Part shown: positions 52,378 through 64,000 of the stretch, one piece after another
Layout: each line of letters starts with the position of its first letter
How positions within the stretch are numbered: position 1 is the stretch's first letter
DNA from: Mytilus edulis
Taxonomy: Eukaryota
Length of the DNA: 64,000 nt
Assembly: GCF_963676685.1 (NCBI RefSeq)
Contig: NC_092357.1
Location: 3,348,001-3,412,000 of the forward strand
Reading direction: 5' to 3'
The notes under the pieces: generated by a model
Databases searched by the model: none
The model's input: the letters and a program-made list of their open reading frames with translations, nothing else
Told to the model about the DNA's origin: nothing
Position numbers and translations under genes: made by a program

Positions 52378-52752
52378 GCGTTCCTGATGAAAGTAAATCC
52401 AGAAAAGCGCTTCGGTCGCAAGAAATTATTAAACGTGTTGGTATCATTTTTTTTACATCGATACCTGTGCTGGTGGATTATCAGTCCCCGAGGGTATCAT
52501 CAGCTCAGTAGTCAGTGCTTCGGTAGTGACATGAATTAACAAACTTTAGTAAAATTTTCCGTTAATAAATTTTGAAATTATTATGAAACTAAGGTTTAAA
52601 CTCCCTCAGGCAAAGTTGGTTTTATATGAATTTGGCTATTTATTTTAGGTATTTTTGACATATAGCTGTTCAACGATTTTAGTTACTCATCTATCTCGGA
52701 TTTAAAATATTTGGCTTGAGCTTTCCTGATGAAGGTAAATCCAGAAAAACGC
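52378..52752 (+). mobile_element. Retrozyme-like monomer (family 2): 342-nt unit bounded by two hammerhead motifs
   Basis: CTGATGA at 52384 and 52726; first: gcgttc-CTGATGA-aagtaaatcca-GAAA-agcgct-TC-ggtcgc; flanking sequence tcggattt.aaat...acgtgttg also duplicated. Confidence 0.75.
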
Positions 52753-55700
52753 AAGCAATTATTACACGTGTTGAATTTATTTGTTTACAGCAAATTATTT
52801 ATAAAGCTGTATTAAAAGATGTCATGTGTAATGGGTAATAACCAGTGACACAATGTTCATGTATATATATAGTGAACGTTTGTGGTTTATTAAATATATG
52901 AAGTGTGAAGTTATTATATTATATATTAAAAAAATCTTTGGCAATGTAATCATTAATTTAACCAGATAATTTAAGACGCTTTTAACCAATCATATTCCTA
53001 GAAGATGGTTTAATAATGAATACACAAGACGGATATCTCATCTATACAAACTCAACAGTGGCTCTCAAAATTTAAAACCACATGGCCAACCTCATTTAAA
53101 CTTATTAAGATACATCCTAAGAAAACAATGAAATCAGGACCATATAGCCGATTGCTTCAATTGTAAAACATAAATAATTCATTTGTTATTAATCAGATAG
53201 TGTTGAATAGAGCTGTCGCAGAACTCACGTATCGAGGACGTATCCGTATATTACGGAATTTATTTAAAGTATTTGTGAATATGCTAAAATGAGTAGTACA
53301 TGTATTCGTAAAACCAATAGTCCTTAAATGAAGGGGTGAAGTTATGTAAAAATAATACGTGTCACTTGATAAGTGTAGTAACCATTTTAATGTGTATCAT
53401 CGAACTTTTTTCACGATTAAAGCGATGTATAAAAAAATCATTAATAGTCCATTTGAATTCTATATTTTCTAAAATGAAATATCAAAAGTCAGCTTTTTAA
53501 ACTATAGTGCTTAATTAATTTTTGTTCGTCCGGTATGGGATCTTCAGTATGACAAGGTAAATAAACTGTCATTGAGAAAACGAGTTGACTTAAAACTGGT
53601 CCAATGTTTATTCCTAATTCTAAACAGTATACATTAAATATGAATGGAGATCATCATAATCAAGGGTATTCCATTTGTATTTTTCTGATAATAAACGATT
53701 GACTGTCGTTGTCAGATTTTAAGAATGCATTCACGAAACAGACATAATTAAATTAAATAAATGTATAACTTCAATATTAATAGACAAAATCTCCTTGAAA
53801 AAAAAATCATAGTTCGTATGACAATCAAATAAAAACATTTTATCAAATTCAACAACATGTTTCATATATGAAAATCGGGATTTTGTATTGCTTATTTTGA
53901 AGATTGATCGAATACAAGTGGATCATAAACATTATGAACTGGAAACAACATTAACAATCCCTTTTACATAAGAGGCGTAAGAAAGAAGAAACCATAGGGA
54001 CATTCCTAAATCGATGTTAATCGGAATTGTACTTTGTCTAGTATAACTCCAGTTTTTGTGTGATAGTTGCTTATTGCGCTATGAGTTAGGGAGCTTCCAT
54101 TGATTTTTATGGGGGGGAACAGGGTTTGTTAGCTTAGATGCAATTTGATAAAAGACAGGTCATGAGTATTGAGTAACAAAAATGCACCTCAGCAAAGAAA
54201 AAGGGCATGCTAACAATATATACATGTAAGTGAAAATTATTAACTATTTGACAAAAGCCACGACCTAATAGAGGGAAAATCAAAAAAGGGAGAACAGCGA
54301 TTAAAACTAAAACCAAATGCCGTACACATTTTTCATCATAGCCCCCATAGACATCACATGGCAGCTCCCTCAAATTTAAAGAATATGGTGAATGTTTATA
54401 TAAAATAGACCGAGGTTGTTATTTTCACTGATGGTATTTCTCATATTTGTACATATGTATCGTCTGTCTACCTAAAATAAATGACCACTGTAATCGACAA
54501 ATCATCAATTAAGATTTTCAGTCCATGATTAATGTTCATTAAAAAGATAACATAGTAATCATGTTAAAATCTGAATCAAAATGAGTATATATCACTTCCT
54601 CGATATTTGAAATAAAAATTGAAAAAGTTTCCTTTTTTGAACAGCTTTTAAAAAGCGCTAGCAATAAAGTCAGAAGAAAGTACCGGTATATATGTGCATT
54701 TATTAACGGACATTTAAAATTCAGAAAATATCGCTTAATTTTGTTTGTTTAATGTCGTGCCAAATATCTCATTTTAGAGTTTGCAATTTTAACAAAACAT
54801 TTTATTCTCACTAAATTGGTAAGCAAGAAAATTTCACAGCCTGGAGGTACATGTAATTACAATACTGAAAATATCTATCAGAGAGATTTTTTTTTAACGT
54901 ATGCAATTTAATGATACAAAAGGAAAAGCTCGTAAAGTTTTTTTTAGCGTAAAAAGGGGTACCTCTATCTTAAAGGTCACATTCATGATTAATATAATTA
55001 GTATGCAATAATCTTATTCTAATAATTGTTCAAATTAAGTAAAATGCAACACTGTGTTTTTTTTACATTCAAACACACCTAACCTGTTATGATGACGTAT
55101 AGTTAAAAATATATTTTACCCATGTATTTAAGTTTTCATGAATTGTACAATCTAACTGTTGATGTAAACACAATGATTTTAAAAATATAAATACTGAAAT
55201 TTGAAGCGAGATTATATCTTTTTGTTACTGTTTTAAACATTTCATAAACCAAACAGGCGACCCAAAATTTTTAGAAAAGGTGTACCTGAGTGAATTTCTT
55301 AAGATTGATAGCAATGATAGGACATGTTGTTTAAATACTGTTACCTTGGCAGATATGCAAATGCTTTTACAGAACAATGTCTGTCCTGTCTTTTTTCTAC
55401 TCTAATCAGTTCTGCCTTTTTATTTATTTCATCCTGAATTCTTTTACGTAAACTTTCATGATGCGGTTTTTGGCAAAGTGACTTTTACTCCTTTTTTTAC
55501 TCAAGAGTCTTTTTCTGTCACCTAATCCATTTTCATTCATATCGGCCCTGCTTTTTTTAGTTTATATTGCCCTTACTAAATTTCGTGCCTAGCCCCTCCC
55601 CCCCCACCCTAAATAAATAAAAATGGACGCTAGATGTATTTCGTGAAAGTAATATTTGAAAAGGCAATTGATTCTTTATTCAATATATGTGAATGTTTTT

Positions 55701-56858
55701 ATAATACATCAATTAAATGTCAAACTGTTTGTCTGGGCAATTTTTTTTTAAAGTTTAATAAAAGACAGCTATTCTGAAAAAAAAATTATGAAGATATTTC
55801 GTAATAGGGCAGACAGGGAATTTTCAGAAGTTCAAGGCGAATAGATACTTTGAATACTACAATGTATAGTAGTGTAACAGATAATTTCTTCTTAAACAAG
55901 GATGAAGGAATGAACGTCCCACATGAAAAGATGATTTGTAAGTCAAACATGTTTTTTTTCAATAATTAGTCATATAAAATGGAATTCGTTAAGAACAGGA
56001 CGTTCAACAATTGAACCAAATATATAATCAAACACGCCTACCTTGTTATGATGACTCATCACAAAAGTTATTTCACTTGACCCATATCTTTTGCTTTCTC
56101 TTAATAGGAAATGTTTATGTCAATATTTAAAAATATGGCTTTAAAATATGAAAATAATGGAATTTAAAGCGTTATGATATTCTTTTAGTTTCTGTATTAA
56201 ATCTACCCGAACACGCTTTGACTATAACAGGTATGCTTGACTTTACTCTCGAATCTCGAAGTTATATTTTGTTTTCATTAATGTCTGTTAAATCAATCTT
56301 CAGTATTCCAATGTTTTTTACATTAGTTAGGCATATTGAAAAAAAAAACAAAGCACACATGACATGATACCCCTTTTTGATTTAATTTATAAGTTGATAG
56401 AGTCACCCGGTCAGAAAAAAAGATACTCATTTTAACTGTCTCGCACGTAAATGAATACTTTGATACATATACGTATCTAAATACTGCAGTTCTGCAACAC
56501 TTAAAAGGAAATCAAAGACGGAACCATAAGTATTGATATATCATGGGTGAGAGTATTTATTGCAACTGAATAATCACATTTCTTTCGTCATAAAAAACAG
56601 AACTGCTTTAAACAAATTGATATAGTTAATTGAAATCTTTTAAACAAAATTAAATAAATTGAAAATGAAAATATATACTTTGCTGTTTTCATTTATTTTG
56701 ATCCATCATAAAGCAAGTTAACATTGTAAGCATTGTCTACCAGATGAACAAGGTAAAGTTATATTTGAATCATATCTAATATTGTATGAATATTATATTT
56801 ATTACCGCCAAGACTCAAATTACTGATAATATACCATACAGATCTTCTTAAAGCTTAA

Positions 56859-56950
56859 GGGGCATCGATGGCCGAGTTGTATAAGTATTAACTACTGTAA
56901 TAAATGGTCTGTCAACACTGAGGTTGTGAGTTCTAACGTCGCCCGTGCCG
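56859..56950 (+). mobile_element. Decayed tRNA-derived SINE head
   Basis: ggggcatcgaTGGCCGAGTTG...gaggttgtgAGTTCTAACG A/B-box-like motifs. Confidence 0.5.
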
Positions 56951-57030
56951 TCGCCGTAATTTTTCACAAGACAAATTAGTACTGTCTACCCAGCACCGAA
57001 TTAATGGCTTTTGGGTTATCTAGGTCTTAC

Positions 57031-57288
57031 CTTGCTGTCCTCCAAGCCATTCCTTCGTTTCACGATCAAAGTAGGAAAGGCCATTGTATAATTCTATTCC
57101 ATCAGTTGACTTTCTGAATCTAGTTGGTTGTTTACCGACAAGATGTCTGGCAATAGTTGTCTTCCCTGTACCTTGTTCTCCAGCTAACATTACTCTTGAC
57201 TCAAAATGAAGAAAACTTTCTTCGACCAATAAACTTGAAAAAATGTGGGCTGAATTTTTATCCAATTTTTTCACTTCAATTGGAAAAC
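57031..57288 (-). CDS. Roco exon: ROC G1 (GEQGTGKT) and G2 (STDGI)
   Basis: ttttcag| phase 1 ... CAAG|gtaaga phase 1; RVMLAGEQGTGKTTIARHLVGK...KSTDGIE. Confidence 0.92.
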
Positions 57289-57681
57289 CTGAAAATTCGA
57301 CTAATCAATGTAATATTCAAATTCTACTGATACGTGAAGTACGATGGTTTATCGTTTAGCATTAGTTAACCATTATACCGAATGCGTTGTTCTTGGTAAT
57401 ATTTTTTTGTACGTTTGTTCTTCTTTCCTGCGTTTTACATATATTGGAAACATGTCCATCTCCCTAAACATATCACTATAAAATCACTTAATTTCAAAAC
57501 ATGTCAAGGTGCTAAAGTGGTACAAAACTTTTTTTTTATAAGAACGCCCATTCGGATCAACTATAAAAAAAAAACAGCCAACTCTGAATGGGTCGAGTCT
57601 CCCGATCTCGTCAAAATTCTCGAAATGTTGCAAAACACAAAGACATACAAAACAAAATGCTCAAGCTGAAGGACAATTCAT

Positions 57682-58165
57682 GACATTTTTACTCTTTGAG
57701 TATGTTTGTTTTGTTCATGCATCGTTGACAATGTAATGGAATTTGATGCGACTGTCATACAAGTGAGAGGTTTAGCTAGCTATAAAACCAGGTTCAATCC
57801 ACCATTTTCTACATTAGAAAATGCCTGTACCAAGTCAGGAATATGACAGTTGTTATCCATTCGTTTGATGTGTTTGGACTTTTGATTTTGCCTTTTGATT
57901 TTAGATTTTCCTTTTTTAATTTTCCTCGGAGTTCAGTATTTTTGTGTTTTTACTTTTTATCTGTAATACACTACACACGAGAGGTTTAGTGCTATAAAAC
58001 CAGGTTCAATCCACTATAATTTTCTTCATTTTAAAATTGCTGTACCAAGTCAGGATTATGACAGTTGTTGTCTATTCGTCTGATGTGTATGTTTTATTAT
58101 TTAATTTTGACATTTGATTAGGGACTTTCCGTTTTAAATTGTCTTCGGAGTTGTGGTTTTACATT
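57682..58165 (+). repeat. Two tandem copies of the gagaggtttag...caagtcagga repeat module
   Basis: 57682-57958 matches 47017-47292; second partial copy 57975-58165. Confidence 0.8.
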
Positions 58166-59710
58166 TTTAATATACGGATACTATCAATTTAAAACTAAGA
58201 CGACAAACGTTGTCCACCATTTTTCAAACGGGATTCGAAATTACATAATGTGGATTAATATTAGCATTGATTATTGCTCTATCGTTGAGTATACTTTTTT
58301 AAATATTTCTTTTACTATTTCAGCTGGTGTTAAAACTTTCACGTTGACTTGAAATAAAAAATATTTTTAATAAGGCCCTTTTTGATTGGCTTAAAAAATC
58401 CTTGTCAATTTGGAGCATCCAATTAGCTGTGCAGAATTTAAGTTAACTGCAAGACAAAAAAACGTACAGATAAACATGAATTACACCAAAGGTTATAGTA
58501 CGTTCTTAATGTTTGAGAACATGTTGGTTAACTTCTAGAATTCATCTTGTTGTTCATGGAAAGTATCGATTAAAGTTGGTTCTGGTCACAATGTGGACGT
58601 TAAATCCAATACCTCGTGTAAAGAGAGTGCCCTGATCTCAATAACATTAAAAACCCTTGCATCAAGTGTAAGTATGGCCTGGAGGAAGAGTGTTGCTAAT
58701 CAAAAAGTTCCTCTATCCAATATACCCTCTTTGCTACTGGCTGTCAAAACTACCTTCATTTTCAATGGATGAGGAAGTAGAAAAATTGTCGTCACAAAAT
58801 GTCGAAAATATTTATATTCAATTCCCGAGTCCCGATAAGGTAACTCATATTTTCCCGCAAACAATAAAGTCCCGATAAGGTAACTCATATTTTCCCGCAA
58901 ACAATAAAGTCCCTATCCTGACGTCCCAAAAAATACCATCAACCCTCAAGACAATAACAATCAAAACAAAGAAGTAAACAAAGACTCACAAAAACCAAAG
59001 GACATTTACATCAACAGTTATAAATACAATTAAGAAACAACACGAACTCCATTAAAAACCCGGAGTTAAATCAGGTGCTCCGGAAGGATATGCATTTCCT
59101 GCACCGTATACGTCACCCGTTATTTCTTTGTTCAGTCCGGTAATGATTGACATTTAACCTTCATGTTGCATTAATTAATATGTTCTCGTCCTTTTTTATC
59201 CTTAGCACAATTCCAACCTTGTGAACGATGGTATTTATATATTTTTAAGGACATTGAGGGCTTTACATTTCGTGAGGTGTTACAGCAACGGTAATCTATT
59301 ACTGAGGTGCAAATCCCTAGTGTTTTATATATAATTATGACAATGTTAATACTAAGTTCATTCTGCAGAAGACTTTTACAATACAACCACTACTTGACAA
59401 GATGATCATTTACTTTCACTAGCTGAGAACATAGACAGTACTTATAACTGCGCTGATAATACTCTTCGGAGGAAACTTCCATTACCATAGATATCGACCA
59501 AATGATCGAAAATAAAATGATTTTAGAAGAAAACAAATACGTCAGACGCACAATATTTGTGCAGTTCATGATTGACGCTCGATTCTAAAAACAATAAAAT
59601 GACCACAACACAAATGACTCATCATCCATTGAAAAAAAAACCTCAACATTCAAACTTGTATATAACAAAAATATCATCGTAGATGTCAGAATTGATTTTG
59701 TTTACATTTC

Positions 59711-59754
59711 TGCCAGATGCACGTTTCGTTTACAAACGACTCATCGTTGCGCTC
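59711..59754 (-). ncRNA. Decayed hammerhead motif (family 1)
   Basis: Minus: gcgcaa-CGATGA-gtcgtttgtaaac-GAAA-cgtgca-TC-tggca. Confidence 0.6.
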
Positions 59755-59933
59755 AAATAAAAAAAGTGAAGAATAATATAATTAAGTACGGAGTTAACGT
59801 GCATTAAGGACTAACAATTCCTAAAAGTTTTGACAAATTATCTATTGTCAAACACATACAACAAAATAAAAAATGATTGTTCCTTATTCGAGAGAAATCA
59901 GTTAATAACAAAATATAGGTTCAAAGTACTTAC

Positions 59934-59955
59934 CAGGAAGGCGTGATTCATAATC
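59934..59955 (-). CDS. Roco microexon (22 nt, DYESRLP)
   Basis: ttcttttctttggcag|GATTATGAATCACGCCTTCCTG|gtaagt; phase 0->1. Confidence 0.8.
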
Positions 59956-60147
59956 CTGCCAAAGAAAAGAAATACTATATGTGTGCGTCTTTTATTAAAG
60001 CTTTGCCTTTTTTATAAGTTAACATACTAAACAACTGTATTACAAGAATATGCACTCATTCATAAACATACATTTGTTACTAACTTGTCTCGTTATTAAA
60101 AATGAATTGAAAATACCAGTAAAAAGTATGTACAATTCATACATTAC

Positions 60148-60201
60148 CTTTAATAACTGTCTCATTTCAAATGTTTTGGCTAGTTCGCTTGGCCTTTTTC
60201 C
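60148..60201 (-). CDS. Roco exon (54 nt, GKRPSELAKTFEMRQLLK), like the last half-repeat of an ankyrin stack
   Basis: tgtgttttacag|...AAG|gtaatg; phase 0-0; resembles G.TP.DLA capping ankyrin motif. Confidence 0.75.
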
Positions 60202-60477
60202 CTGTAAAACACAAAGTGGTTTTATGTGTATACAACAGACGGAACTGATTTAAACGCTGCTAACGTAAGAAAGAAATAACTGCAGAAAACTGACTGATAT
60301 GTGTAGTTTTTAGGTTTGAGTTCCGTAATTTTGTTATTTTAACATTAAGAAACAGTCACGTTCCCTTTCCCGGAGTGTAACCTACCGAATTATACGTTTT
60401 ACCTTTATTTGTGACATTTTTACCTATTGTGTCTGTCTGTTTTGTTCACGCATTATTGTCGATATAATTATTTTTTG

Positions 60478-62943
60478 TTTTAAGATGCTTGAATGCAGGT
60501 TATGATAAAGGGGAACTTTCTGTTATTAATACTGTATATAAAATTGGCTCTGGTGTTATAGCAAGAAGATTTAGAACAGTGTTGACTACACTTATTGATA
60601 CTGATCAGACAGGTTTTATGCGTGGAAGATATTTTAGGGAAAATCTAAGATGATCTATGATATCATGGAATATACTGAAGATAATGATGTACCAGGCCTT
60701 TTATTGTTGATAGATTTTGAAAAAGTCTTTATGTCCATTTCATGTGAATTTCTTAATGTATTGATTTTTTTTAAATTTTGGCGATTCTATTATAAATTGG
60801 GTGAAAGTGCTCTATCAAATCATTAATTCAGCATTTATTCAGGAAGGAAATCTTTCAGACTTTTTCACTGTTGAACGGGGTTGTAGACAAGGGCCATTAT
60901 CGACTTATCTTTTCATTTTTTGTGCAGAAATTTTAGCGTTAAAAATAAGAAATAACAAAAATATAAATGACATAATAGTTCTTCATGTTGAACACAAACT
61001 CTCGCAGTTAGCTGACGATACATCACTACCTATAGATGGTAGTGAAGAATTCTTAAATGAGGCATTGTTGGAACTGAATTGCTAAAATTTCTGGTTTGAA
61101 TATAATTTTTTCCAAAACTCATGTAATTTGGATTGGAAGTAAAAATTACAGCTCAGAAACATTTTGTACAAATCAAAATCTTACTTGAGGAAGCACATCT
61201 TTTTAATTATTGGGTGTTAATTTTGATGTTGATTTAGACAAACTAGGCAAAATCAATTATGATGAAGATATTGTAAAAATAAAAAGACTAGTCAAACAAT
61301 TGTCTAGACGTAACATTTCTGTTATTGGTCGAACTACTGTTGTCAAGACACTTTTGTTGCCAATTTTAAATCTTTTAATATTGTTACTAAAACATGTACC
61401 TTATCCAAGTGAAGATAGTATTAAACAGATAAATGAACTTATGTATAAGTTTATTTAGAACTCACCAGTTCATAGAGTGAAAAAGGATGTAAAACACAAA
61501 GATTGTTGTGCTGAAGGCCTAAAAATGATTAATTTACATGCTTTTATAAATGCTTTGAAATGTACTTGGATAGGAAGAGTTTTTAAAAACGATTGTAAAT
61601 GGCGAAATATATTTTTGTCATATATTGATAAAGATATATTATTTAGCTGTGGTAATAGATATGTAAAGCAACTACAGCAAAGTATTAAGAATATATTTTG
61701 GAAAGATACTGGGTGCTTGGCAAATGGTAATTGAACAAGAAATGAATTTGTACGACTGGGAATATTTTCTTTCCAGTCCATTTGGATGAATAACATATTC
61801 CAAATTGACAACAAACCAGTGTTTTTATCAAAGACTGGCATAGTGTATTATACTTGTTAATGATATTGTTGGGGAGAATGGTACCTTACTATTTTTTTTA
61901 TCAATTTCAGGAGTGTTTTCAGATGAATTAAAACATCATGAAATATAATAGCATAATTTCTATGCTAACTAAGACTTCCAAAAAAATTAATAGGGGAGAT
62001 TATAAATAAGTATCTCCTTTCATACCATAGTTATAAAGACCACTCTCAAAAGCAAAAAGGAATCTAAAGATATGTATCTGGTGCTTAACAAAAACAACAC
62101 TGTTCCTACATGAGTAAAAATATGGGAAACAATTTCAGTTTTAGAAAATCAAAACTGGAAAAAGATGTGTCAACTACCATTTGCTATTTCAAAAAATACT
62201 AATCTACAATGGCTTCAGTATAGAATTAATCATACAATTCTGGCAACAAATACGTTTTTAAACAAAATTGAGATAGTGCAAAACACATATTGTACTTTTT
62301 GTTAGCCTGAACTTGAATCAATTAAACATATACTGTGGGACTGTTATTATGTACAATAATTTATTGAGCAAACTGAAATGTGGTTTCTCCAGAATGGTAT
62401 TAGTATACTCTTTGCACAGGATATATTTTGTTTTGGAAATTAATCACGAATGTACAAAGGTGACCATCCAAACAATATTTTTCTCTGGATTAAACAATAT
62501 ATATATAAAAGAAGATATGTTAAAGGAGAATTAAGTTTAACAGCATTGATTGAAAAAATAAAGTATCATTATATTTTGGAGAAGAAGATATTTAAAAAAA
62601 ATGTGTTGACAAGTTTAATCAAGCTTGGTGCATTTACCAAGAGGCTTTACAAGATATTTGATTGATTAGAAACTATACAAAATTAACAGACATCAAATTT
62701 CTTAATTTGTTTTTCTTAATTATCTTTTAATTCTTTTATTTAATAATTCTTTATATTTTTTTTGATTATCCTTTTTAATAAGATATCATTATAAAATCCC
62801 AACAAAAGATTATTTTCAAGTTCTATACATTTTCTGATGAGTTGTCTTATATTATATTTTGATATATATGAACTTACTATTTGATAACTGTACTGTTGTA
62901 TATTATAACATGTTATAGATAAAAAAAAAAAAAAAAAAAAAAA
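60478..62943 (+). mobile_element. 5'-truncated, decayed L1/Tx1-clade LINE (ORF2 RT to C-terminal Zn finger, poly(A) tail)
   Basis: LIDTDQTGFMRGR..ENLR, GLLLLIDFEK, RGCRQG.PLS.YLF..CAEIL, QLADDT, QYRINHTILATN..CTFC..ESIKHILWDC; many stops/frameshifts; poly(A) 62921-62943. Confidence 0.92.
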
Positions 62944-63523
62944 TGTTTTTGATTCGACGGTCTTACACGTGAGAGGTTATAGCGATATTAAACTAGGTTC
63001 AATCCACAATATTCTAAATTCGACTATGCCTGTACCAAGTCAGGAATATGACAGTTGTTGTCTATTCGTTTGATGTTTTTGGTACATATATTGTTTTTGT
63101 AACATTCATGTCAGTCAATGAACAACGGTTGGTGATGTAAAAATTGCTATCCTTTTACTACCACACAATGATTGAGCCAGATAACTTATTTCTTAACAAA
63201 TGCAATTGTCTGATTATACCTTTCAAAAACTTGTTGCTTCCTTTAAAAATTGTTATAATGATTGCTCCCATACATGTAAATGATCTCTTTTTCTTATTTT
63301 GATGGTATTAAGCAGTGAAATTTTCATAGGATATTTCTTCATTGTTGAGGGTCATACAGTGGAAGGGGTAACCCGGATTGTGTATATCTTTGTTTCTTGA
63401 TTGATACAAATAGTTTTTTATGACTTCCATATCTACTTTTTCTAAGCATAAACATCTTTAGTGACTTAATCTTTTTATTCTATCTGACTTGATTTGCTAA
63501 AAACTTTCTATATGAAATGAATC

Positions 63524-63600
63524 TTTTTTTTTTTTTTTTTTTTTTTTAAATTATAATGTTTTATTTGAATTTTACATTTGTTAGAGATACATAAAGTACC
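63524..63600 (-). mobile_element. 3' tail of another retroposed element (AATAAA + A24), sense to the Roco gene
   Basis: T run 63524-63547 with tttatt at 63560-63565. Confidence 0.5.
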
Positions 63601-63967
63601 GGTACCTTATCCCGGCCTCGTTAACGTTAGTATATCGCATTTCATTGATAAGTTAGTACTTGTTAGTGCACAATATATATTATATATAGTAATAATGACA
63701 TGTATGTAACGGAATAGAAATATGATAACATGATGTATTATAAATTATAATTTATGAAATTAATTTAATTTTTGTTGCAACCAGATTATTGAATTTTTAA
63801 TATTTGCCTTTTTTATTTATCAATATTTCGTGATATTGAAGAAATTCGTTTTTGAAAATTTCAAACATATTAGTTTGTTTTGTTTTTTGTTCGGATATAT
63901 AGTATCCTTTGTATACAGTAAAAAGAATAATTGTTATTAAATCATTAATACTGTAATAACTTGTAGT

Positions 63968-64000
63968 ACGCCAGACACGCGTTTCGTCTACATAATATAA
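63968..64000 (-). ncRNA. 3' half of family 1 hammerhead motif at window edge
   Basis: Minus: tatgtagac-GAAA-cgcgtg-TC-tggcgt. Confidence 0.6.

Overview
AT-rich, intron-containing animal genomic DNA; the repeat families point to a bivalve, most likely Mytilus (inference). The ORF track is misleading here because real genes are spliced. Hand splicing gives three coding loci. (1) A minus-strand Roco-family gene of at least 10 exons (60201->40895; 5' part outside the window or not found) with all splice phases matching: ankyrin-like tail, ROC GTPase, COR and two death-fold domains. Its G-domain is split between G2 and G3 by ~790 aa, about 530 aa of which come from ~44 copies of a coding 36-bp minisatellite (ADTTTQHQNVPS). 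A 1-nt frameshift lies in the last repeat unit. (2) A complete 3-exon plus-strand gene (18565-25145, 361 aa) for a divergent DMT/SLC35-like multi-pass membrane protein. (3) An isolated sushi/CCP exon (1715-1890, minus) with a homopolymer frameshift, lying between two ~1 kb inverted repeat arms. The rest is repeat-rich: a complete non-autonomous Helitron, MITEs, Helentron/HINE-like elements with tandem arrays (35, 48/32, 64, 72, 82, 91 bp units), tRNA-derived SINE heads, a decayed L1/Tx1 LINE, and nine minimal type I hammerhead-ribozyme motifs of two families. Two of these motifs delimit a 342-nt retrozyme-like monomer inside a Roco intron.
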